Shown: positions 1 through 9,318 of the stretch, piece by piece | Layout: each line of letters begins with the position of its first letter | How positions within the stretch are numbered: position 1 is the first letter of the stretch | Assembly: GCF_000039765.1 (NCBI RefSeq) | Contig: NC_004459.3 | Location: forward strand, 3,136,104 to 3,168,103 | DNA length: 32,000 bases | Direction: 5' to 3' | Source: Vibrio vulnificus CMCP6 | GTDB lineage: Bacteria > Pseudomonadota > Gammaproteobacteria > Enterobacterales > Vibrionaceae | Position numbers and translations under genes: made by a program | The notes under the pieces: model-generated | Databases searched by the model: none | Told to the model about the DNA's origin: nothing | What the model saw: only the letters and a program-made list of their open reading frames with translations

Positions 1-610
1 AACGCAAACCAATCAGGTGGAGATCTACCCCATTGCTGGTACTCGACGCCGTGGCAAGCGAGCCAATGGTGAGATCGATTTCGACCTCGATAGTCGAATT
101 GAACTCGAACTTCGCACTGACAAGAAAGAAAACGCCGAGCACATGATGTTGGTGGATCTCGCTCGAAATGATGTCGCACGCATTTCTCGCGCAGGGACAC
201 GCCACGTCGCCGATTTACTTAAAGTGGACCGCTACAGCCATGTGATGCACTTGGTCTCACGCGTTGTTGGACAATTACGTGACGATCTTGACGCACTACA
301 CGCCTACCAAGCGTGTATGAATATGGGCACATTAACGGGCGCTCCGAAAATTCGTGCCATGCAATTGATTCGTGATGTTGAAGGGGCTCGCCGTGGCAGT
401 TACGGTGGGGCTGTCGGTTACCTCACTGGCGAAGGGACACTGGATACCTGTATCGTGATTCGTTCGGCTTACGTTGAAAACGGCATTGCACAAGTGCAAG
501 CCGGTGCCGGAGTGGTCTTTGATTCCGCCCCCCAAGCCGAAGCCGATGAGACGCGCGGCAAAGCTCAGGCAGTCATCTCTGCCATTCAGAAAGCCCACAA
601 GGAGTCGTAA
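1..610 (+). CDS. trpE: Anthranilate synthase component I, C-terminal part (5' end outside window)
   Basis: The reading frame is open from the window edge. The translation carries chorismate-binding enzyme motifs ([31 protein letters not shown]). trpG follows 2 nt downstream. Confidence 0.95.
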   Translation, partial: TQTNQVEIYPIAGTRRRGKRANGEIDFDLDSRIELELRTDKKENAEHMMLVDLARNDVARISRAGTRHVADLLKVDRYSHVMHLVSRVVGQLRDDLDALHAYQACMNMGTLTGAPKIRAMQLIRDVEGARRGSYGGAVGYLTGEGTLDTCIVIRSAYVENGIAQVQAGAGVVFDSAPQAEADETRGKAQAVISAIQKAHKES

Positions 611-612
611 AG

Positions 613-1191
613 ATGGCGGACATTGTATTTATCGATAACTTCGATTCATTTACCTACAACTTGGTTGATCAGTTCCGCTCTTTAGGCCACCAAGTAAAGA
701 TTTACCGCAATAGTATTGCCACAGACACTATTGTAGACGCGATTGAGCAACTCGAGCGCCCAGTGGTGCTGCTCTCTCCAGGGCCAGGCGCGCCATCAGA
801 GGCGGGCTGTATGCCAGAGTTAATTGCTCGCGTCAAAGGCAAAGTCCCAGTGATTGGCATTTGTCTCGGCCATCAGGCAATTGTGGAAGCCTACGGCGGC
901 ACCGTGGCTGGCGCAGGCGAGATCATCCATGGCAAAGTCTCGATGATGGAGCACCAAAGCCATGCGATTTATCAAGGGTTGCCATCCCCACTGGCTATTG
1001 CGCGCTACCACTCGTTGGTGGCAACACACGTACCGCAAACACTGACCGTAACCGCCGAAGTGAATGGCCTTGTTATGTCGGTGGTTAACGAAGAAGACAA
1101 AGTGTGCGGTTTTCAATTTCACCCAGAGTCCATCATGACGACACAAGGTGCGACGTTGTTAGCCAACGCGATTAACTGGGCATTAGCATAA
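613..1191 (+). CDS. trpG: Anthranilate synthase component II (class I glutamine amidotransferase)
   Basis: 192 aa. It has the GATase-1 catalytic motif GICLGHQAI and a C-terminal FHPES. It sits between trpE and trpD as a stand-alone gene. Confidence 0.95.
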   Translation: MADIVFIDNFDSFTYNLVDQFRSLGHQVKIYRNSIATDTIVDAIEQLERPVVLLSPGPGAPSEAGCMPELIARVKGKVPVIGICLGHQAIVEAYGGTVAGAGEIIHGKVSMMEHQSHAIYQGLPSPLAIARYHSLVATHVPQTLTVTAEVNGLVMSVVNEEDKVCGFQFHPESIMTTQGATLLANAINWALA

Positions 1192-1209
1192 GGATTGGGA
1201 GAAAAGATT

Positions 1210-2208
1210 ATGGAAGCCATCATCAACAAACTGTATCAGCAAGCATCTCTGACAGAGCAAGAGAGCCAACAACTTTTCGACACCATTATTCGCGGCGAGT
1301 TAGACCCCATTCTCATGGCTTCGGCCCTAACCGCACTGAAAATCAAAGGGGAAACACCCGATGAAATTGCCGGTGCAGCCAAAGCATTACTTGCCAATGC
1401 GCAACCTTTCCCGCGTCCTGATTACGATTTTGCCGACATCGTGGGCACGGGTGGCGATGGCCACAACACCATCAATATCTCGACAACCGCAGCCTTTGTG
1501 GCCGCAGCCTGTGGGTTGAAAGTCGCTAAGCATGGCAATCGCAGCGTTTCAAGTAAATCTGGCTCTTCCGATCTACTTGATTCATTTGGCATCAACCTCG
1601 CGATGAGTGCAGAAGATACTCGCTCAGCCGTCGATAACATTGGCGTCGCCTTTTTGTTTGCACCTCAATACCATAGCGGTGTGAAGCATGCGATGCCTGT
1701 GCGCCAAACCATGAAAACGCGCACCATCTTCAACATCTTAGGCCCTTTGATTAACCCTGCGCGCCCTAACATCGAACTGATGGGTGTATACAGCCAAGAA
1801 CTGGTTCGCCCTATCGCAGAAACCATGTTGAAAATGGGCATGAAACGCGCCGCGGTCGTGCATGGCAGCGGCTTGGATGAAGTCGCTATTCATGGCGACA
1901 CCTTGGTCGCAGAAATCAAAGATGGCGTGATTCACGAATACACTCTCACCCCAGCCGACTTTGGCGTCAATACACATCCATTGGAAGCGATTAAGGGTGG
2001 TGATCCGGAGGAAAACAAAGCCATCATCACTCACTTACTCACCGGAAAAGGAACGGAAGCTCAATTGAGTGCCGTTGCCGTCAACGTCGCCCTGCTCATG
2101 CGTCTTTTTGGTCATGAGGATCTTAAAGCCAATACGCAACAAGCGATCGACGTAATGAACTCTGGTAAAGCGTATCAACTGGTCGAAAAATTGGCTCAAC
2201 ACGCCTGA
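1210..2208 (+). CDS. trpD: Anthranilate phosphoribosyltransferase
   Basis: Carries the GTGGDG and NISTTAAFV motifs. The track ORF starts at TTG 1195. ATG 1210 (MEAIINKLY...) has a GGGAG RBS 9 nt upstream, so I prefer it. Confidence 0.93.
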   Translation: MEAIINKLYQQASLTEQESQQLFDTIIRGELDPILMASALTALKIKGETPDEIAGAAKALLANAQPFPRPDYDFADIVGTGGDGHNTINISTTAAFVAAACGLKVAKHGNRSVSSKSGSSDLLDSFGINLAMSAEDTRSAVDNIGVAFLFAPQYHSGVKHAMPVRQTMKTRTIFNILGPLINPARPNIELMGVYSQELVRPIAETMLKMGMKRAAVVHGSGLDEVAIHGDTLVAEIKDGVIHEYTLTPADFGVNTHPLEAIKGGDPEENKAIITHLLTGKGTEAQLSAVAVNVALLMRLFGHEDLKANTQQAIDVMNSGKAYQLVEKLAQHA

Positions 2209-2213
2209 GGTTT

Positions 2214-3644
2214 ATGATGACAAACAGCAACGAAAAACTGTCAGAACACGTTTCTCTGCAGGAAGCACAAATGGCGGAAGTCCTAGCCAAGATAGTTCGC
2301 GATAAATACCAGTGGGTAGCCGAGCGTAAACACGCGCAACCATTGGCCAGTTTTCAAGCCACATTGACACCATCGGATCGCAGCTTTTACCAAGCCTTGC
2401 GGGGCCAACGCACGGTATTCATTACCGAATGTAAGAAAGCCTCCCCATCAAAGGGATTGATCCGTGAAGATTTCGACTTGGATTACATCGCGTCGGTGTA
2501 CAACCACCACGCAGATGCGATTTCGGTACTCACCGATGAGAAATACTTCCAAGGCAGCTTCGACTTTCTGCCCCGAGTGCGTCAGCAAGTGCGCCAGCCT
2601 GTGTTGTGTAAAGATTTTATGGTCGATAGCTATCAAGTTTATCTCGCTCGTCACTATCAAGCCGACGCCATTTTATTGATGTTGTCAGTCCTCAATGACG
2701 AGCAATATCAAACACTGGCAGATGTTGCCCACCAGTTGCAAATGGGTGTGCTGACAGAAATCAGTAATGACGAAGAGCTTGAGCGTGCTGTGAAGCTGGG
2801 GGCGAAGGTGATTGGCATTAACAACCGCAACTTACGTGACCTCACCACCGATTTGAATCGCACCAAAGTACTCGCGCCAACTTTGCGTCGCCTAGCACCA
2901 GAAGCGATTGTGATCTCGGAATCGGGCATTTACACCCACCAGCAAGTGCGCGATCTCGCCCAATACGCTGATGGCTTTTTGATCGGTAGCTCACTGATGG
3001 CAGAAAAAAACCTCGAGCTCGCGGTACGTAAAGTGACACTGGGTGAAAACAAAGTCTGTGGTCTCACTCATCCGGAGGAAGCCGCCAAAGCCTATCAAGC
3101 TGGCGCTGTCTTTGGTGGTTTGATTTTTGTAGAGCAATCCAAACGTGCTGTAAATATAGAGCAGGCAAGACTGACGATGAGTGGCGCTCCGCTCAATTAT
3201 GTTGGCGTGTTCCAAAATCACCCCGTTACCTTGGTGGCCGAAACCGCAAACCAGCTGCAACTGCATGCGGTGCAATTACATGGCAACGAAGAAGCCGATT
3301 ACATCGCACAACTGCGCAAGCAACTCAACGAATCGATTGAGATTTGGAAAGCCTATGGCGTGACCGACCAAGCACCGACTCTACTTACTCAAGATGTTGA
3401 TCGTCATCTTTTCGATGCGCAAGTCGGCCAACAAAGCGGTGGAACAGGGACTACGTTTGATTGGGCTTTATTGGATGATCCAAGCCATATCATGTTGGCT
3501 GGCGGTCTCAATCCAGACAATGCACAAAAGGCAGCAAGCCTTGGATGTTTAGGACTGGATTTAAACTCTGGTGTTGAAGAAAGCCCTGGGAAAAAAGATC
3601 TGACGAAGCTGCAGCAAGCGTTTGCAGCCATCCGAAATTATTGA
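2214..3644 (+). CDS. trpC: Bifunctional indole-3-glycerol-phosphate synthase / phosphoribosylanthranilate isomerase
   Basis: The N-terminal half is IGPS-like (ECKKASPSKG, GINNRNL). The C-terminal half is PRAI-like (KVCGLT...). The start is uncertain: ATG 2214 has GAGG upstream, and ATG 2271 (MAEVLAKIV, matching the E. coli TrpC N-terminus) is the alternative. Confidence 0.93.
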   Translation: MMTNSNEKLSEHVSLQEAQMAEVLAKIVRDKYQWVAERKHAQPLASFQATLTPSDRSFYQALRGQRTVFITECKKASPSKGLIREDFDLDYIASVYNHHADAISVLTDEKYFQGSFDFLPRVRQQVRQPVLCKDFMVDSYQVYLARHYQADAILLMLSVLNDEQYQTLADVAHQLQMGVLTEISNDEELERAVKLGAKVIGINNRNLRDLTTDLNRTKVLAPTLRRLAPEAIVISESGIYTHQQVRDLAQYADGFLIGSSLMAEKNLELAVRKVTLGENKVCGLTHPEEAAKAYQAGAVFGGLIFVEQSKRAVNIEQARLTMSGAPLNYVGVFQNHPVTLVAETANQLQLHAVQLHGNEEADYIAQLRKQLNESIEIWKAYGVTDQAPTLLTQDVDRHLFDAQVGQQSGGTGTTFDWALLDDPSHIMLAGGLNPDNAQKAASLGCLGLDLNSGVEESPGKKDLTKLQQAFAAIRNY

Positions 3645-3719
3645 TATTGATGATCTGAACCTGAGGTTCAGTGAAGAACAAATTCTGGCACATAGCCAAA
3701 CACAATTAAGGAAGCAAAC

Positions 3720-4910
3720 ATGACTAAGTTAAATGCCTACTTTGGCGAATACGGCGGTCAGTACGTACCTCAGATTCTGGTACCCGCATTAGAGCAGCTC
3801 GAGCAAGCGTTCATTGACGCCCAAGAAGACCCAGATTTCCGCAGTGAGTTTATGGGGTTACTCCAAGAATACGCAGGCCGCCCAACCGCACTGACGCTGA
3901 CGCGCAATCTAACCAAAGGCACCAAAACCAAACTGTACCTAAAACGTGAAGATTTACTGCACGGTGGCGCGCACAAAACCAACCAAGTACTTGGTCAAGC
4001 ACTGTTGGCTAAACGCATGGGCAAAAACGAAATCATTGCTGAAACGGGCGCAGGCCAACATGGCGTTGCCACTGCACTTGCCTGCGCACTACTGGGCTTG
4101 AAGTGTCGCGTGTACATGGGAGCAAAAGACGTCGAGCGCCAAAGTCCTAACGTGTTTCGTATGAAGTTAATGGGCGCGACGGTGATTCCGGTGCACTCAG
4201 GTTCCGCCACACTGAAAGACGCATGTAATGAAGCATTGCGTGATTGGTCTGGTAGCTATGAAACCGCCCACTACTTATTGGGCACTGCCGCGGGTCCCCA
4301 CCCTTTCCCAACCATCGTACGTGAGTTCCAACGTATGATTGGTGAAGAAACGAAGAATCAGATCCTCGCACGTGAAGGACGCCTGCCTGATGCAGTGATT
4401 GCTTGTGTGGGTGGCGGCTCAAACGCCATCGGTATGTTCGCCGACTTTATCGAAGAAGAAACGGTTCGCCTGATTGGTGTTGAACCTGCGGGCAAAGGCA
4501 TTGATACCGACCAACATGGCGCGCCCTTAAAACATGGCAAAACTGGCATTTTCTTTGGTATGAAAGCGCCACTCATGCAAGATGAAAACGGCCAAGTCGA
4601 AGAGTCATACTCCGTTTCCGCAGGTCTCGATTTCCCATCAGTGGGTCCTCAACACGCTCACCTTAATGCCATTGGTCGCGCTGAATACGACAGCATCACC
4701 GATGATGAAGCGCTTGATGCGTTCCAAGAGTTGGCAAGAAGTGAGGGTATTATTCCTGCGTTAGAATCGTCTCACGCTTTGGCACATGCGCTGAAAATGG
4801 CCCGCAACAACCCAGAGAAAGAGCAGTTGTTGGTCGTTAACCTATCTGGTCGAGGTGACAAAGACATCTTTACCGTTCATGCCATTTTAGAAGAAAAAGG
4901 AGCAATCTAA
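3720..4910 (+). CDS. trpB: Tryptophan synthase beta chain
   Basis: 396 aa with PLP-enzyme motifs ([18 protein letters not shown]). An AAGGAAG RBS lies upstream. Confidence 0.97.
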   Translation: MTKLNAYFGEYGGQYVPQILVPALEQLEQAFIDAQEDPDFRSEFMGLLQEYAGRPTALTLTRNLTKGTKTKLYLKREDLLHGGAHKTNQVLGQALLAKRMGKNEIIAETGAGQHGVATALACALLGLKCRVYMGAKDVERQSPNVFRMKLMGATVIPVHSGSATLKDACNEALRDWSGSYETAHYLLGTAAGPHPFPTIVREFQRMIGEETKNQILAREGRLPDAVIACVGGGSNAIGMFADFIEEETVRLIGVEPAGKGIDTDQHGAPLKHGKTGIFFGMKAPLMQDENGQVEESYSVSAGLDFPSVGPQHAHLNAIGRAEYDSITDDEALDAFQELARSEGIIPALESSHALAHALKMARNNPEKEQLLVVNLSGRGDKDIFTVHAILEEKGAI

Positions 4911-5716
4911 TGGACCGTTATCAAGCGACATTTGAGCGCCTCGCCGCGCAAAAACAAGGTGCCTTTGTTCCTTTTGTTACCGTGTGTGACCCTAACCCTG
5001 AACTCTCACTCAAGATCATGGATACCTTAGTTAAAGCGGGTGCCGATGCTCTTGAACTTGGCATTCCATTTTCTGATCCATTGGCCGACGGCCCAACGAT
5101 CCAAGGCGCAAATATTCGCGCGCTGGATTCAGGCGCAACACCTGATATCTGTTTTGATTTGATCGGACAAATCCGAGCTAAATACCCAGATCTACCGATT
5201 GGCCTGTTGATGTACGCAAACTTGGTCTATTCACGTGGTATCGAGAATTTCTACCAACGTTGCGCTCAAGCAGGCATTGATTCTGTGTTGATCGCCGATG
5301 TCCCAACGAACGAAAGTGCAGAGTTTGTCGCGGCAGCCGAAAAGTTTGGTGTACATCCAATCTTTATCGCACCACCAACGGCCAGTGATGAAACACTAAA
5401 ACAGGTTTCACAACTGGGTGGCGGTTATACCTATCTTCTCTCTCGAGCGGGGGTCACAGGAGCTGAAACAAAAGCCAACATGCCTGTGGGTGATATGCTT
5501 GCGAAGCTAGAACAATTTAATGCGCCACCTGCACTGTTGGGCTTTGGTATATCAGAGCCTGAACAAGTCAAACAGGCTATCGATGCGGGTGCGGCAGGTG
5601 CCATTTCAGGCTCTGCAGTGGTCAAAATCATCGAAAGTCACCTCAATGAACCTGACGCGATGTTAACGGCACTGGCAAACTTTGTTTCCAACATGAAGTC
5701 TGCAACACAAAAGTAA
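4910..5716 (+). CDS. trpA: Tryptophan synthase alpha chain
   Basis: 268 aa. Its start overlaps the trpB stop (TAATG). It has TrpA motifs ([22 protein letters not shown]). Confidence 0.97.
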   Translation: MDRYQATFERLAAQKQGAFVPFVTVCDPNPELSLKIMDTLVKAGADALELGIPFSDPLADGPTIQGANIRALDSGATPDICFDLIGQIRAKYPDLPIGLLMYANLVYSRGIENFYQRCAQAGIDSVLIADVPTNESAEFVAAAEKFGVHPIFIAPPTASDETLKQVSQLGGGYTYLLSRAGVTGAETKANMPVGDMLAKLEQFNAPPALLGFGISEPEQVKQAIDAGAAGAISGSAVVKIIESHLNEPDAMLTALANFVSNMKSATQK

Positions 5717-5741
5717 CGTGGTAGACATCTAAACATCTATG

Positions 5742-5783
5742 AGATCGATTTCTTATCCACTAGTAGAAATCGATCTTTTTTTT
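5742..5783 (+). terminator. Rho-independent terminator of the trp operon
   Basis: A 12-bp stem (5742-5753 pairs with 5765-5776) is followed by a run of 8 T. Confidence 0.85.
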
Positions 5784-5864
5784 AACATTCCAACTCACTT
5801 CCACCCCAGCTTATAAACGAGCCATCACTCAATAAAATGCCACCGTTATATAAGACCAAGCTAT

Positions 5865-5878
5865 AGCAAACGTTTGCT
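5865..5878. promoter_or_regulatory. Perfect 14-bp palindrome AGCAAACGTTTGCT, a LacI-family (PurR-box-like) operator candidate
   Basis: A perfect inverted repeat centred on CG, about 180 bp upstream of the symporter start. Its GCAAACGTTTGC core equals the symmetric PurR operator core. Confidence 0.4.
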
Positions 5879-6056
5879 TTCTGCTTAAAAAATTGTCAAT
5901 CGTCAATAAAACGCCTGATATTCACGCCCTCGCTTCTTATCCCATATTGCTAAATGTGAAATAAACGTGTAAAAATCTGATCGAATATTTATCCAAAGAA
6001 CACTTTTTCGTTCAGTGGGTAATTCTGGATTTTTAATATTTATTAGCACAGAGGTT

Positions 6057-7319
6057 ATGGAAGTGTTAAAAGAAAAGAGTTTGTTACGCAACATTGGTGT
6101 GCAGGTTGTCATCGCCATGATCGTGGGTACTGCCGTTGGTGCCTTGATGGGTGATAGCGCCTCTATGTTTGCTCCACTGGGGGCCATCTTCATCAACCTG
6201 ATCAAGATGCTGGTTATCCCTCTTGTTGCTGTTGCCCTAATTTCTGGCGCAGCGGGCCTAGGCAATAGTCAATCTGCTGGCAAGGTAGGTTTCGTGACAC
6301 TGGGTTACTTCGGTCTAACATCTGCACTTGCCGTTGCACTTGCCCTGTTCATGGGTGAAGTCTTCAAGCCGGGCATGGGTATCGATGTTTCCGGTGTCGA
6401 AGGCATGTTCTCTGCTGAGTACGCTTCTAAAGGTGAACTTCCTACTTTTTGGGCTACCATCACAGGTATGATCCCAACCAACGTTTTCCAGTCACTTAAT
6501 GAAGCCAACATCCTACAGATCCTCGTCTTCTGTCTATTTTTAGGTATCGCTATCTCTAAACAAGAGAAAGAGAAGCGTGAGCCAATCATGAATGGCGTAA
6601 ACTGCATTGTTGATTCCATGGTTTGGATGATCAACAAAGTGATGGTCATCGCGCCTCTCGGTGTATTTGGCCTGATGGCAGAAGCCGTAGGTACGTTTGG
6701 TTTTGGCGCCCTGATGGTGGTGTTTAAACTGTTTGTGGTTTACGTTGCGGCGATTCTTATTTTTGGTTTCGTAGCTTACCCACTGATGATTCAGCTGTTT
6801 ACTAAAACCTCTGCGAAGAAATTCATCAGTGCGATGAAAAAGCCACAAGCTGTTGCTCTGTCAACCGCTTCTTCAATGGCAACCCTGCCAGTCACCATGG
6901 ATACCGTTGAGAAAGAACTGGGTGTTCGCAACTCGACCGCATCTTTCGTTTTGCCTCTAGGCGCAACGATCAACATGTCTGGTAACGCCATTTACTACGG
7001 CCTCGTCGCGATCTTCTTTGCTCAGCTATTCAACATCGATTTGAGCATGGGTGCTTACATTGCCATCATTGTGACCGCAACGCTCGGCGCAGTAGGTCAA
7101 GCAGGTGTTCCTGGTCCTTCTTTCCTCGTTGTTGCCGTCCTGCTCGCAGCGGGCATTCCAATCGAAGGTCTACCACTGTTGTTCGCTCTTGACCGTATCT
7201 TCGATATGATTCGTACCGCGCTCAACATCACTGGTGATGCAGCGTGTGCCGTCATTGTCGATGCACTGCTTGATGAAGAAAATGAAAAACAAGCTGAGAT
7301 GAATAAGCAAGAAGCCTAA
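6057..7319 (+). CDS. Dicarboxylate/amino acid:cation symporter (DAACS/GltP family)
   Basis: A multi-pass membrane protein with family motifs (IKMLVIPLV, NMSGNAIYYG, DRIFDMIRTALNITGDA). The track ORF starts at GTG 6015. ATG 6057 or GTG 6063, just after a GAGG at 6051-6054, is more likely. Substrate cannot be assigned from the sequence. Confidence 0.85.
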   Translation: MEVLKEKSLLRNIGVQVVIAMIVGTAVGALMGDSASMFAPLGAIFINLIKMLVIPLVAVALISGAAGLGNSQSAGKVGFVTLGYFGLTSALAVALALFMGEVFKPGMGIDVSGVEGMFSAEYASKGELPTFWATITGMIPTNVFQSLNEANILQILVFCLFLGIAISKQEKEKREPIMNGVNCIVDSMVWMINKVMVIAPLGVFGLMAEAVGTFGFGALMVVFKLFVVYVAAILIFGFVAYPLMIQLFTKTSAKKFISAMKKPQAVALSTASSMATLPVTMDTVEKELGVRNSTASFVLPLGATINMSGNAIYYGLVAIFFAQLFNIDLSMGAYIAIIVTATLGAVGQAGVPGPSFLVVAVLLAAGIPIEGLPLLFALDRIFDMIRTALNITGDAACAVIVDALLDEENEKQAEMNKQEA

Positions 7320-7349
7320 TCGCAGTTTTTGCAAATTGATTCTCAAAAC

Positions 7350-7377
7350 GGGGTGACCAATGCGTTACCCCTTTTTT
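7350..7377 (+). terminator. Rho-independent terminator after the symporter gene
   Basis: Stem GGGGTGAC / GTTACCCC with a 6-nt loop, followed by TTTTTT (7372-7377). Confidence 0.8.
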
Positions 7378-7414
7378 ATGCCTGCAGAAAGCGCCAAAGG
7401 CGGCAAACCGAAAG

Positions 7415-7430
7415 TGGCACTCATATTGCT
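7415..7430 (+). promoter_or_regulatory. Candidate sigma54 (-24/-12) promoter TGGCAC-N5-TTGCT
   Basis: TGGCACTCATATTGCT matches the RpoN consensus TGGCAC-N5-TTGCW at every fixed position. It is intergenic and points at the 80-aa gene, with a predicted TSS near 7441. Confidence 0.5.
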
Positions 7431-7503
7431 TCTTGCTCATAACCATCAGAAGCGTCAAATTCATCACGCAGTTTGTGCTTCGACGCAGAATGAGGACAGC
7501 ATT

Positions 7504-7746
7504 ATGACGTTACATCGACGCACCTATTATGGCCTTATCCATCATGGCATGAAGGCACTACTGTTAGACCGCATTGGCCATTTTACCGAAGATGAGTATC
7601 ACCACTACCTTGGCATAACCACCGGCAAAACGACGTGCTTTTCAATGACTGACGACGAACTTGAGGTGACCGTTGAGAATCTTCGCACCGAAGGCTATTT
7701 GGAAGACATGAAACGTGTCATCGCCCAATTTCAGGGGGCAGCTTAA
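7504..7746 (+). CDS. Small GemA/DUF1018-like protein (similar to phage Mu gp16), 80 aa
   Basis: ATG 7504 has a GAGGA RBS 7 nt upstream. The segment LGITTGKTTCFSMTDDELEVTVENLRTEGYL matches my recollection of the GemA signature (TGK-S/T-S/T-C ... EL..V...L...G-F/Y). The track's upstream extension from 7360 begins inside the preceding terminator, so I rejected it. Confidence 0.6.
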   Translation: MTLHRRTYYGLIHHGMKALLLDRIGHFTEDEYHHYLGITTGKTTCFSMTDDELEVTVENLRTEGYLEDMKRVIAQFQGAA

Positions 7747-7877
7747 GCGCGGCGAATCTTGGGAAGCCGCCGGGCTTCCTAAGCCTCCAATAACCCATCA
7801 TTTACTTTCAAGGCTTCACATTGAGCCAGTTTTGTTTAGACTGTGGGCAATTCAATCGACAGGAACCTTTTTGCCAC

Positions 7878-8441
7878 ATGAAGCAAATACTTGATTTTAT
7901 TCCTCTAATTATCTTTTTCGCCCTCTACAAGATGTATGATATCTATGTTGCAACAGGCGCTTTGATTGCAGCAACAGCCATTCAGATCGTTGTCACCTAC
8001 GCCTTGTACAAGAAAGTTGAGAAGATGCAGTTAATTACCTTCTTAATGGTGGCCATTTTTGGTGGCATGACCATTTTCCTGCATGACGACAACTTTATTA
8101 AGTGGAAAGTGACCATCGTCTACGCCGTGTTTGCCATTGGTTTGACGGTCAGCCATGTTATGGGCAAATCGGCCATCAAAGGCATGTTGGGCAAAGAGAT
8201 CACCTTGCCTGAGTCAGTATGGGCAAACATTAACTGGGCATGGGTTGGCTTTTTCACCTTTTGTGCAGGGCTGAATATCTATGTGGCCTACCAGCTTCCT
8301 TTAGATGTTTGGGTGAATTTTAAAGTCTTTGGTTTATTAGCGGCGACGTTGGTTTTTACCGTCCTCACTGGCGGCTATATTTATAAACATCTCCCTAAAG
8401 AACAAAATGGCCAGTCATCGGACGTGCCAACGGATGAATAA
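7878..8441 (+). CDS. yciB: Intracellular septation protein A (inner-membrane YciB)
   Basis: The [28 protein letters not shown]-terminus is typical of YciB/IspZ, and there are 5 hydrophobic segments. The track start (7821) is an upstream extension. Confidence 0.9.
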   Translation: MKQILDFIPLIIFFALYKMYDIYVATGALIAATAIQIVVTYALYKKVEKMQLITFLMVAIFGGMTIFLHDDNFIKWKVTIVYAVFAIGLTVSHVMGKSAIKGMLGKEITLPESVWANINWAWVGFFTFCAGLNIYVAYQLPLDVWVNFKVFGLLAATLVFTVLTGGYIYKHLPKEQNGQSSDVPTDE

Positions 8442-8478
8442 ACTGCATTTTTTGCTATAATCCTGTTCTTATTTTTCG

Positions 8479-8507
8479 CAGCGACCCTTTGGTCGCTGTT
8501 TTGTTTG
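8479..8507 (+). terminator. Terminator-like hairpin between yciB and yciA
   Basis: CAGCGACC-cttt-GGTCGCTG is followed by TTTTGTTTG. It may act as an attenuator rather than a full stop. Confidence 0.5.
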
Positions 8508-8521
8508 TTGTGGATGTCAAA

Positions 8522-8920
8522 ATGAGTCAGGAATTTCACTCTCCAAAGGGTCAGTTACTGTTAAGAACCCTCGCCATGCCAGCCGATACCAATGCCAATG
8601 GGGATGTATTTGGCGGTTGGATCATGTCTCAGCTCGATCTCGCCGGTGGTATTTTGGCGAAAGAGATCTCGCACGGACGAATCGTCACTGTATCCGTGTC
8701 CGGAATTACCTTTAAAAAACCAGTCAGCGTGGGCGATGTCGTGTGTGTTTACGGTGAATGCACCAAAATTGGTCGCACTTCAATGTCGATTAATCTCGAG
8801 GTTTGGGTGAAGCCCGTACGCGACCACGGAATCGAAGATCGCTTTATGGTTTGCGATGCCACGTTTAACTATGTCGCCATTGATGCAGACGGCAAACCAC
8901 GGCCTATCGTTACGGCATAA
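8522..8920 (+). CDS. yciA: Acyl-CoA thioesterase (hotdog fold)
   Basis: The MSQEFHSPKGQLLLRTLAMPADTNANGDVFGGWIMSQ N-terminus matches YciA-type thioesterases. The track start at 8489 lies within the upstream hairpin. Confidence 0.9.
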   Translation: MSQEFHSPKGQLLLRTLAMPADTNANGDVFGGWIMSQLDLAGGILAKEISHGRIVTVSVSGITFKKPVSVGDVVCVYGECTKIGRTSMSINLEVWVKPVRDHGIEDRFMVCDATFNYVAIDADGKPRPIVTA

Positions 8921-9021
8921 ATTCCGTAGAGTTTCACAGTTTCTCGAATTTAGCTGTTCTAACTCCCTGTAATTGAGATAGATTAGGCCAAGTTAGTATC
9001 ACCATTAGAAAGGAAAAGAGA

Positions 9022-9318
9022 ATGTGGTATGTCATTTTTTCTCAGGACGTTGAGAATTCGTTGGAAAAACGCCTTAGTGTGCGCCCACAACACCTAGAGA
9101 GATTGCAAGCATTGCAAGACGAAGGACGTCTATTAACTGCAGGCCCGATGCCAGCCATCGACTCTGACAACCCTGGTGAAGCAGGTTTCACAGGTTCTAC
9201 CGTGATCGCTGAGTTTCCTTCTTTGCAAGAAGCTCAAGCCTGGGCGGATGCCGATCCTTATATCGCAGCGGGTGTTTATGCCAATGTGATCGTTAAACCT
9301 TTCAAGAAAGTGTTCTAA
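9022..9318 (+). CDS. yciI: YciI-like protein
   Basis: 98 aa with YCII-domain features ([14 protein letters not shown]). An AAGGAAAAGAG RBS lies upstream. Confidence 0.85.
   Translation: MWYVIFSQDVENSLEKRLSVRPQHLERLQALQDEGRLLTAGPMPAIDSDNPGEAGFTGSTVIAEFPSLQEAQAWADADPYIAAGVYANVIVKPFKKVF

Noticed and set aside
5903-6265. 120-aa minus-strand ORF overlapping the symporter start and its promoter region.
   Set aside because: It is antisense to a well-supported membrane-protein gene, has no RBS, and its composition mirrors the opposite strand.
7326-7340. TTTTGCAAATTGAT upstream of the candidate sigma54 promoter, considered as a LuxO binding site.
   Set aside because: Only one half-site (TTGCA) matches. 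The second half (TGATT against TGCAA) matches 2 of 5 positions, which is too weak to call.
7360-7503. N-terminal 48 codons of the 128-aa track ORF upstream of the GemA-like gene.
   Set aside because: That start lies inside the terminator hairpin of the preceding gene and upstream of the putative promoter. ATG 7504 has a proper RBS.
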